The position numbers and the translations under genes were made by a program. A stretch of DNA of 64,000 bases, from contig OZ244779.1 in NCBI GenBank assembly GCA_965219575.1, positions 1,548,769-1,612,768 of the forward strand, in the 5' to 3' direction. This stretch comes from Candidatus Oxydemutatoraceae bacterium (GTDB lineage Bacteria > Pseudomonadota > Gammaproteobacteria > Poriferisulfidales > Oxydemutatoraceae). The notes below the pieces were generated by a model. It was not told the DNA's origin, searched no databases, and worked only from the letters and a program-made list of their open reading frames with translations. Every line of letters starts with the position of its first letter. Within the stretch, counting starts at the first letter, position 1. Below are positions 51,501 to 63,500 of this stretch, piece after piece.

Positions 51501-54500
51501 CCCGTCTCTACCCACCGCTATAGTATCGCCACCGACAATGACACTTGCCAAACTCGCATCCGCACTGCGCTCTCGAGTTATCACCAAGCTATAGGTCGCA
51601 GACGCAATCCCATCCTCCGCAATCACTTTGATCGGTATAGTCGGCTCCGGTGTATCCAATGCGGCTTTCAGCGGGATGAGCTTATCGGGCATAGATTCCG
51701 CCGCATCGCCGTCTATACTAACCGTCGCAGCCGAGTCTGCAGCCTGCGGCGATACTACGATTTGCGTTATGGTCTGGACTTCACGCCCGTCTATCCCGGT
51801 GATACGCGCCGAATAGGTTGCGCTCGTACCCTCGTCGGGTGATGTCAATGTAAGCAGACGCGTACGCGTATTGTCATCCAACGAAAGCGCAATACCCGCT
51901 AAGCCGGCATTGCTACGGTCGGCTCCGGCACGGGTCACGGCTATGGTATAGCGTCGGGTGGTGCTGTCGTCTTGGGAGCTGACCGTAATACGAATGAGTT
52001 TTTCTATTTCCGACACCGTCAAATCAAACATCCTTTCAATCGTGCCGGTTGCGGTCTTCTCTATACCGTCTATGACCACTGCGATGATTGCACGCGGATG
52101 GGCTTCGGCAACCACCCGAGTGTCGGTGGTGCCATTCGGAACCTCAAATTGATAGACTTGTGTTCTACTCGTGGGATCAAAGTCCGGCAACAGGTTTGCA
52201 TTATTTTCATCGAGCAACCACAAATCTCTCAAATCGGCATCCGAACTCCGAGCGCGGTTTATCGTCACGATATAAGTCTTGCTCGTCGCACCGTTCTCCG
52301 CGGTCACGCGGATCAGCAATTCTCTATTGTCGCCGGTCTCGGCGAAGGTGATATTCACCATCCCCTGTTGCCTTGCACTCACCAGCTCGGTATTGTTTTC
52401 GCTAATTGTCACCGTTGCGAATTGATCGCTCGCAACGGCGGTCACGGTCGCATGCATTACGCTCTCGCCTACGGTTGTGGTATACATCGGTGGGTCGCCT
52501 TGTGGCATCAAGCTACCCACCGGCGACACACTCAGCGATGCCAAGTTCGCATTCGATCCCAGTATAATCCTTGCCGTCAACCTATAATCTTCGGTTGTGC
52601 CGTTTTGTGCGGTCACGGTAATAGTAATCTCTCGCCGTGCCACCGCAATGTCGGCAAGACTCGTCGGAACACCGATCGGGATATCGGTTTTCGTTGCCGT
52701 CCGACCACCGACTGCATCCGCGCCATCATTAATACTAATCCTCACCATCGCACCCGGGTGTGCTGCCGTCGCCGATACCGAGAACGAAGTTACATTTCTG
52801 TCAATCTCCGCAGTATATTCGCTATCGCTTACCGAAACTGCGGTTGCCGTAGTCTCGCCGACACCGGGGATGAGGATTATCGGTGCACCACTTAAATCGT
52901 TATCGGAACTGAGCGCACGACCTATGTTGAGCCTATAACGGTTTATCGTTTTTCCATCGGATGCGGTCACTTTAACCTCAATCGTATTTCGACCGGCACC
53001 TAAGCGCAGGCTCGTATCGGGGCATAGCGAGTCGCTCTCGGCACCGGCAACTTTGCTAATCTCAACGGTCGCCTCTTCATCCTCTGCCTTTGCGGTCACC
53101 CGAATACAATCTATTGCGTTGTCAACGGGAGGAAGCGTATATTCCAGTGTGTCCGGCACAAAATCGCTCGGACTCGCGGATGAGGGCTCCTCTCCCGAAG
53201 AAGAAGACAGTGTATAGAGTATACTTCGCAACCGGGCATTGGTACTCGGCAATCGGTCGACAATCAGCGTGTAGGTTTGCGAAGTGACTCCGTCGTGGGC
53301 AATTATTTTCAATTCTATTTCGTTTTCGCCTAGGGCAAAAAGTGGTTCGCTTTCGGGATGATCTCCGGTAACCGAACCCGTCTCCAGTCCGCTCAAACTC
53401 AACGATATACCGTTCCATAGAATGGCGGTGATTTTGGTGTCCTGCGGTGTCACCCTCAAGCTGACGGTTCTTTGATCGTTGGCAACCTCGACGGTATAGT
53501 TCTGTGTCGTCGGGTTAAACACACTTAGCACATTGATATCGTCGTCGTTCAGCACTTGCAAGTCTTGCAATTCGGCATCGGTACTTCTGAGACGAGTAAT
53601 CGTAAGCGTGGTAGCTTGTTGTGTTCCCAATGCCGAAGTGGCGATCACCATCGTATTGTCGTCGTAGTTCAACGGCACCGATACGATTTTCTCTATCCTA
53701 TCGGCAAGCACTCGGGTATCGGTCGTAATCGGTGCAATGTCCGCTCTCAGTTCGGACACGACTTGCAGATCGGTTGCGAATGTCACCCTAACTTGCGATG
53801 TCTCGGTGGGAACGACTGCGGTATAAATGTGCTGCGTAGAAGCGAATGTCGGCACCAAGGTGACCGTAGTCGCCGGTGCATAAGTCAATACCAAGTCCTG
53901 CAAATCCAAGCTGTATTCACGCACAACGACGAGCGTATAAACGGTGTCGGTTTCACGCGGTGCCTTCACCCTGAGTATTATCGTGTTACTACTGATGTTC
54001 AACGGTGGACTATCAACCCGATTACCGTCGACCTCCACATTATCGACGAGAACCGTAGCCCCTGCTTGTCGCTCGAATTCTATAGCCTCGGAACCTCGCT
54101 CGTTGGCGACGATCGCAAAATATCGGGGCACTTCGGGACGGAATTTCGTAGTGAAGTCGGTTCCCACCAATCTTAGACTTCTAAACCGAGTACTGTATTT
54201 ACGCCAAACATTTACGCTATACACAACGACTTCTTGGTCTGCAAATGAGCCACTCGGAGCCGTCACCGTGAACGCAATGCCGTTTTCTCCCAAAGCCAAG
54301 CCACCGACCGTTGCTTGCGCAACCGGCAAGCCGGCTCGAGTCGAGGTCGTAATCTCACCGACCGTATTGCCGTCGGATGCGATAACAATATCCACCAACT
54401 CGTTGACGCTTGCAATCACCGTGATGGTGCTTATCGCATTCGGAATATCCGGTCGTTCACTCAGATCATCGCCCAAATCTCTGCGCTCGGTGCCGTCCTC

Positions 54501-57500
54501 GCCTTGCCATTCAATACGCCAGCCTCGTATCGCAACATCGTAGTCACGAAAGACCGTATAGGTTCTGGTGCTGGTGTCGTCTTCACCCTGCGATACGATA
54601 ATGACCTCGTTGTCGCCGTATTCCAAATCTAGGGTTGTTGCAACTTTACCGGTAAGCGGCACACCGTTCACCGAGATTGCGCCGCCGATTGCCGTCACAT
54701 CAAGACGCTCGACTTCGGTCGGCACGCGATAGTCTCGCGCTTCGAAGTCGAAGTCCGGCGATAAATCGTCGGCAGCCAATTCCACGAAGATAAAGCCTTC
54801 GGTATCGGCAACCGGTGCCTCTCTCAGCACCAATCCGATAGATGCCCGTTGCGGTGGAGATGCAACCGTCCGGCTATAGCCCTGTCCGTCTATGTAGCTC
54901 ACCACCACTCTGTAATGATCGGCAACCTCGCCGACGACGGTATAGTTCATACCATTCGCAGTATCGATATCCGTCCAGCTGTCTCCCGATCGTCGCTGCC
55001 ACCGGTAAGCGACAGCGCGAGGATCGCCGGCACCGTCGGGGTCTTCCGCCAGCTTGTCTTTGTCCAGCGTCGGTGCGGTATAAGTGAGACCTACCCGTGT
55101 CGGTGTCGTGATGCCGTCTATGATGCCGTTATCGTACTTTGCCACACTAAACGACCTTTCTTGAGTCACGGTTTCCCCGACGGTATCTTCAACTACCAAC
55201 GCTACATTGACCGTCTCGGCGGTTTGGTCGGCAGCGATGAAATCGTCGCGCAGATAGAACGACAGCGTAGCACGACCCGAACCACCCGAAACGCGACCGG
55301 AAAGCATCGTGCGATCTAAAAGCCGCACTTGCTTTTCATCCGCCGTCCATCGATAGCGCAGATCACCGCCGTCGGCATCCGAAAGCTCGCTACTCAGCGT
55401 AATGAAATGCCCCTCTCTGATCGGCACCGAAGTGATCAACGGCTCGCGGCGCTCATCTGCCGCACGCACCGCAATCGCACTTGCTTCGGGGAATGTATTG
55501 AAGGCAATGCGATATTCCACATCCAAATTCTCCTTGCCGCCGATCTCGTAAGGTTCGGATACCACGATGCGCACCCGCGTTGCGGTAGTGAAATCGCCGC
55601 CCACAGAATAATTCGCCGAACCAATCGACGGCGGTGCATCGTTTATCTTGATAACGCCGGCGGGATTGTATGCGTAGGCGACGATACGAATTTCGGCACT
55701 GCGATCCCACACCGATACGGTAATTTCGTCAACCGCCGCCCTATCAAAATCATCTTTGAATGTTGCCACCCTCGGCATCGACGATAATTCCGGCTGCGCT
55801 AGCGCACTGATTTGACCGATTTGTAAATCCTGCAAGCCCAAGCGTTGGCGCGGTAGCACGGCACCGCAATTCACCGACGGTGCGCTGCCGGCACAGGTGC
55901 CGTCGTTGTATTTGAGGACCGGGTATTGCTCGGTGGTGCCGAAATCCCAACGCTCAGTGTTCCAGTTGCGGTACGGGTGGGTATTCGTACTGGATCTTGA
56001 TGATTTCAGTATTTGAGAATTAAAGCCACGTACACCGCTATTGCTGCCGAGCAAACCTGCGGATTGACCACTGCGTTCAATATCCCAATAATTTCCCATG
56101 AGATTAAAACCTATATTCAACCTTATAAATCCTTTATCGTTCGGGTTGCCCGAAACGCGGGTGATTGAATAGTTATTGATAATTTGACCGAGGGCGGCAT
56201 AAACACCGATGAAGCCACTTTTGTCCGCCGGACCGGCAATCGAACCGGCTGCATAATTGTCCCTAACGATTGTCGAACGACCAACTTCGAAATGAGCTAA
56301 AAAGCCACCGACTCGATTGAAATCACTTTCGTTACCTCTTGCTATTACCGTAGCGAATGTGTAATTGTTAGCGATAACCTTGCTATCCGGTCTATTAATA
56401 ACATCATCGATAAGCTCTCCGATCAAACCACCGACACGGTCGTCGGCCGATACGCGCCCGGTTGCATGGCTATTGTCGATAGCCGTATTATTAACATCGC
56501 CTATCAAGCCACCGACAACCCTGTTTCCGTTGACATCACCGATGGCATAACTGTTGCTAATCGTTGCATTTCTGGCAAGACCCACCAAACCGCCGCTAAA
56601 GATTGATGCGCTATTGACATCACCTGCCGCATAACTGTTGCTAATCTCGCCCCCTAAATTGCCGACTAGGCCACCGGCTCTACTCCCCATACCTTGCACA
56701 TCGCCCGTTGCATAACTGTCGCGGATATTGCTAAACGACCGACCGACCAAGCCACCGGTATTGCCTTGCCTTGAATCATTGGTCACATCGCCCGTTGCAT
56801 AACTATTCGTAATCGTCGTGTTACTGAGGCCGAAGCCGACCAAGCCACCGACACCCGTACCTTCGGTAACGGTTATGCTACCACCACCCCTTCTAACGAC
56901 GGTGGCCGACGAAGCACTGTTTTCAATACGACCACCGCTTTCCAGCACACCGACCAACCCCCCGTTCGCTATGACATCTCTTTGCCCGCTCATAGTGATA
57001 TTCAGACTTATTGCCCCTGCCGTACGACTATTGCCGATGGTTGCATTGGAAAAACTGACTAAACCGCCGAGAACATTGGTTCCCGTCAGTGTGCAGTTTG
57101 CCGAACTATCGCTGATTTCGGTAGCGGCTCGGTTTGCTCTACCGATCAAACAACCGCCGTCGTAATAAGTGCTAACCGTGCCACTCAATACATGGCTATC
57201 GGTGATGCTACGACCGCTGAACGAACCGACCAACGCACCGACATTGTTGGATCCCGCTATGTCGACATCGGCCAAGCGCACGCCTCTAATCTCGGCATCG
57301 CCGCTTGCTGCCGCAAATAAGCCTAAATTGACTTGATCGGCTTGCGAAGTACCGGCGAAACTCACCGCTTGATTTATGCGTAGGTTGGATATCGTATAGC
57401 CGTTGCCTTCAAAAATAGCCGTGAAGCAGTCGCTGGTTGCATGGCTACAATCACCGATCTGATTTTGTTTGTTAACCACCGTCCCGATCGGATCCCAGTT

Positions 57501-60500
57501 GTCATAGCTATCCGGACCATTGAAACTTCGATAACTGGACGCGTCGTCAAAATCCAAATCTCTGACCAACTCGTAGCCGCTGCAGACATCGCCCGGACAG
57601 CCGCCGACCAATAACAAATTAATACCGGGATATTGAAGCCCGGTGCCATCGGGCTGATTGCGAATTGCGTCTAATTGCTCTATGAAAAAGATATCTATCA
57701 AGCCGTCTCGGTCATGATCTACGATACGGTCGTCGGATGCCAGTCTGCCATTAATGAACGAAACGATGGTATTGGAATACCCTTGGTTATCGGTATAAGT
57801 CGTTGTCAACCGATACGATGCAAATATATCTTCAACTCGATAATAGGCGCGATCGATGTTCGTCGGAGAACCGTTCACTTCCCATTGATAGCTTATATCG
57901 GTGAACGGTCCACCGTCGGCATCGTTGATTTCCGAGGCAAAAATATAATTTGCGTTAGCAACACCAAGGGGACCATCCACCCAACGCAACGCTGCCATGT
58001 CACCGTCGCGGTTGGTCTTGACCACATCGATGATGATATCCCGAGACGCAAATGCATCGGGATTATTCCTTTTGACGACTTCCAGCTTGATAACCGCTTG
58101 CCCACGGTCGGCTTCGGCAGCGAGTAGATCGTCGCGCACCGCCACCCTCGGCGTCCGCTTGATACTCTGCGATACCGGCAATAGTTCGGGGCCTCTCGTT
58201 TGCCTCCATCTATAATCCAATGCCGCATTGTCTACCGAGCGGCTTCGCGTCGCATCCAATATCAGGGTATCGCCTTCGTTCACGGTGATGATACTCTGCG
58301 CAGTCAACGCCACCGAAGCAGCGTCATTTCGTGCGTATGTGATTACCGGTTGCGGCGGTTTGCCGGAAACCGGCGGTGCCGAGCGCGGAGATACCGCCGT
58401 AGCTCTCGGCTGACCGCGTAGTAGTGCGCCACACATCGGCAACGAGGTGCTGTCGTCGAAGTCGCAAGCCGGATCGTCTCTATCGGCACCTTCGGTGTAT
58501 CTCAGTAGCGGGTATTGCATATCGGTGCCGAAATCCCAGTGGTCGGTATTCCAACCTCGGTATGTAATGCAACTGCGCGTCCTATTCCGGCTTGCTTCGC
58601 TGCGCCCGTCTTCGCCGCTCAAACAGGTTTGGGGTGTATTCGGCACCGACGGATTGGTTAGTGTATTATTCGATCTCCTGTTATTGACATCGGGCATCGA
58701 CACGGCGTGCGTGACATAGGTAGTTCCGGAAACGGTGACCGCACACCGATACGGCTCTCTGCGCCAATAGCTATTCGTAGGTGCCCTACTCGGCATGCTA
58801 CGGTTTAACAAGCCGGCAACGGTAACATTCACCGGGCTGCCGTTATAATTTGCCGTTATATTACCGGGACAAGATGCAAAGCTTTGCGTTTGTGATGCAC
58901 CGAGATCGCTAACCGAAGCGTTTGCCCCGAAGAGCGTCGGCACATAGGCCCTACCGCCGGCATAACTATTGGCAACGATGGATCTGCCGCCGATGTGCCT
59001 ACCGACTAAACCGCCGAGATACGGCGTGGCACATGAAACCGTTGCCGGTATTGCCACATTACTATCAGAATGCACATAACTATTTCTGATTTCGCCGATG
59101 CCGTCGGCTCTATCGGCAGCGGATAACTGAGACCCGACCAAACCACCGACGATACAAGTCCCCGATACTTCACCGGCCGAATAATAGCTGTTGTGAATTT
59201 TCCCGCCACTGCGATTCCTACCAACCAAGCCGCCTACGGTCACATTGCCGTTATTCGATATATTCCCGTCGGAATCCTGCACACCGACATTAATTCGTGC
59301 ACGACTGTTGACTATATAACCGGCGTTGACACCGACCAAGCCACCTGCCGAACCGCGATCGGTACGGATGACACGCGCCGATGTTTGTCCGGGCACAGTA
59401 CCGTACACATCACTATTGCGGATCACGCCGTCGCGCCGCAGTAGCCCGGTGATACCACCGACATTTTTAATCCCTGCCAAACCTTTGATGGCGGGAGAGT
59501 CCAGGACTAAGTTTTCAACCTTGCCGTTTGCACCGATCTCGGCAAACAAGCCGACATTCGCTTTGCTGCCGGCACTGCTACGGCTGATAGCCAGGCGGGC
59601 AATAGAATAACCGTTGCCGTTGAATATTGCATTGAACACGCCGCCTATCGGTTGCCAACCGTCGGCGGTGGTAGTGAATTCACCCTCGTCCACCGTCCAC
59701 GCATCATTCACCACACCCGAGCGATAGTCGCCGGCAGTGGTGAAGTTGAGATTCCCGGTCAACTCGTAGCCGATACAACCGGTGATCGGGCAACCGTGAG
59801 TAATCAATTCACCATCGGCACTTGCCCTATAGCCGCTACCGTCGAGCTGATAACGCACCGCATCCAGATCTTCTAAATGCCTAATCTCTATCAAACCGTC
59901 GCCGTCGTCATCTATATCGTCGGCGTTGGCAATCGAATCACCATCAATATCGGCATTATCCATAGCGACCGACGACCCGACGGTGACGCTATTGGATACG
60001 ATCGGCTCGCTCGTATAGCCCTGACCATCCGAATACAAACCGATAAAACGATATTGATACCCGCCATCGACCGTATCGCCCGCCGATAAATCGACATTCC
60101 TCCATGCATCGCCCGGAAAACGCCGCTGGAACTGCCTACTTAGATTGCGCACGGTACCGTCGATATCGTTAAGATTCTCGGTGACCGTAATTCTTCGGTT
60201 GGTGCCTATCGACAGTACGGGATTTCCGGTCACCGGGCCGTTATTCACTTTGTTGATACGCACCACGATCTCTCTGCTCAAGTAGACTTGCCGGATGCCG
60301 TTATCGGGGGTAATCGATACCGACAATTCAAACTCAAAATCGCCGTCATCGACATTCTCGGATAACAGGTCGGCTTGCGGTGCCAACTCTAGATTCAAGC
60401 TATCTGCATCGGCAATGTTCACCGCCGTGCCGCTAATCTGAGACCAGCTTAGATCCGAACTGCCGGCGTAGTCTCCGCCGATCGTGAACATGTCGCCCTC

Positions 60501-63500
60501 GTCGATGCCGATTGCGGGAACATCGTCCAGTCTTAGATTATCGCGGACTATATCAAAATAATATCTCGTCACCCGATTGCCGGCGCTCGCTACCAGCGTG
60601 ATTTCTTGTATATTAGAATTATCCAAAATGAGCGTGGCGTCGCTGCCGACAAGCGGACATAACACATCGCCACAATAAAGCGTGGTCTCCAAACCGGCAA
60701 CGGTCGATGTGGTGATGAATGTGATCGGCAACGGTAATCGGGTCGCGTCTACATAGAGCCGGTATCTGTTGCTATTTCCACTATATCTAAAATCGCCGGT
60801 GATACCGTTTATTCGGGCTATTGCGGCATTCGCCACCTCTACAATACCCACCAACGAACTATCCAATACCTGCATCGCAATGCGACCGTCAGCAGCTTTC
60901 AGTGTCGGGTATTGTTCGTCGGTGCCGAAATCCCAATCGTCGCTACTCCAATTCGCATAAATACCCATCGTTGGTGTCGTCCCCTGTAGCACTGCGGTGG
61001 TTTGACCACCGAATGGAGTGGTTTCACCGCCGGTTGTAGAAGCCGATTGTTGATCGTTGAGGATATTATCCCAATAGCTGTTGATAACGGAGACGGTGCC
61101 GGTGGTACCCCCGATCAGACCCAAAACACCCCCCGACTGGCGCGCTGCCGCATAGCTGTCGACGATATCGGCTTGCTCCATAAAGCCGACCAAACCACCG
61201 AACCCTTGAACGAACCCTGCAATCTCGAATTCTTGATCGATACACTCTAGATCGAGTATCTTGTTCATATCCACCCTTGCATAGCTGTTCTCGATGGTGC
61301 CGATATTCTCTGCGCTATCGCGATTTGCCGAGATATGCTCGCCGACCAAGCCACCGAGACGACAATGCCCGCTTATCGCACCGGTCGTATAGCTGTTTTT
61401 AATCTTCGCACCACGCTCGTTCCTGCCGACCAAGCCGCCTACGATGTCCCCTAAAGCATCACCGTCAGGAGAAAACGAATGGACATAGACCTGTGCAAAG
61501 CTGTGGCTAATCTCACCACCGCTATTGACACCGACCAGACCACCGAAACGACTTTGTTTAAGCGCACGCCGACTGTAGTTGGAACCTACCAGTGCGGTGA
61601 CATCGCTTACACCGACATCGTATATGCGACCACGGTTCTCGCCTGCCAAGCTCCCTTGCTTCTCCGCTCTCCTACTACTAAGGTCACGCCCGATAACATC
61701 ATAAATCCCGACATTCCGCAAGCGGAGTGCCTTAACTTCGGCATTCCGACCTAGGGTATGGAATAATCCGATTGCATCTTTGGTTTCCGTGCCGCGCAAA
61801 CTCAAATTGCGAATGTGATATCCGCTACCGTCGAACACGGCATCAAACGAGTTATCGTTATCTCCTATAGGATCCCAGTTATCCGCCCATTCGGTATTGA
61901 CCACACCCGAGCGATAGCTTGCGGCATCGCCGAAGTCCAAATCTCGCGTCAACTCGTAGCCTCTGCAACCGACGGTCGGAGTGGTCGGACACCCTTCGAC
62001 GATAGGCAATAATCCACCGTCGGGTAGCGCATAGGTGTAGGTACTGCCGTCCAGACTATAGCGTATCGCATACAGGTCGTCCACTGTCGTGATTTCTATC
62101 AAACCGTCGCCGTCGGCATCGGCTAACACTCTATCGGCATCAAAGCCGAAATAATCTATCTCTAAAATATATTCAACGGTCGCGCCGGCACTTTCAACCG
62201 ACACGATAATCGCATCGCCGACGCCGGGGTCGGGTACGATCGGGTCGCTGACGGCACCGTCGACAACACCGAATTCATCTCCGCCGTAAGCGATAGTAAT
62301 CATCGCATCGTCGCTCGCAGCATTCGGTATCAGACGCAACGAGCCGGTCACTCCGATATACGCACCGATACGATAACGCAGTCTAGGAGTTGCAAATTGT
62401 GGCATCAACTGCATTATGCTTCCTAGAACTTGTAGGTCGCTCAACCCGTAGCTCCGTACACTACTGCAGGTCGGCTGCCCGCTACCACCGCACGCCGGGT
62501 TGTCGCCATCGTCTCCGCGTCCATAGCGCAGTTGCGGATAGTGTTCGGGAGTACCGAAATCCCATAGGTTTGTATCCCAATTCGTATAGATGCCGCTCGC
62601 AGCGGTCGGTGTTAGCAATGCGGCCGTCGTTTGACTGCTACCGATGCCGTTATCCGCTATGCCGGCGGTCTCTATGTTCCAGTAGCTATCACTCACGCCG
62701 CCTAAACTGTCACCGATCAAGCCACCGGACCGAGGCACATCGCTCACTCGTCCGATAGCATAACTATTGACGATGCTACTTGTTCTTCGGTCGCCGACAT
62801 TGCCGTTGACCCCGACCAAACCGCCGACCCGACCTTGTGCAAAAACACCACCGCTCGCATAGGTATCCGACACCATACCGGTATTCAAACCTGCCAAACC
62901 GCCGACGCGGTTGTTGCCCGATACCTCACCCAACGCATAGCTCGTCAAAACCGCCGCGCCGACCTCGTTGCGACCGACCAAACCACCGACCGCACCGCTG
63001 CCCGATACCGCACCGCTCGCATAGCTGTTGACGATACGCCCGTCGCTGTCGGAACCGATACCATTATTAGTCCCGACCAAACCACCGACATTGTTCTCAC
63101 CCGATACGCTACCGATTGCATAACCGTTATAAACTCTGCCGGTGTTATAACCGACCAAACCGCCGACATGATAACTTTCGCTATCGTCGCTACCCGATCC
63201 TACAACCATAACTTCGGCAAAACTACGGTCAACCAAACCGTCGTTCTCACCGACCAAACCACCGACAAAAGCTCTGCCCGTGACTTCACCTACCGCACCG
63301 CTCGCGACGATAGAACCCCTCAAGTTGCGACCGACCATACCACCGACCGCGCTTTCTCCGCCGACCTCACCGTTCACCGACACATTGTCGACGCGACCGT
63401 TGCTATTGGCGGCCAATCCACCGACACCGTCCCGGCCGGTGACCGACACACCCGATAAAACGAGGTTGCGGATCTCGGCATCGGGATGCAGATGCGCAAA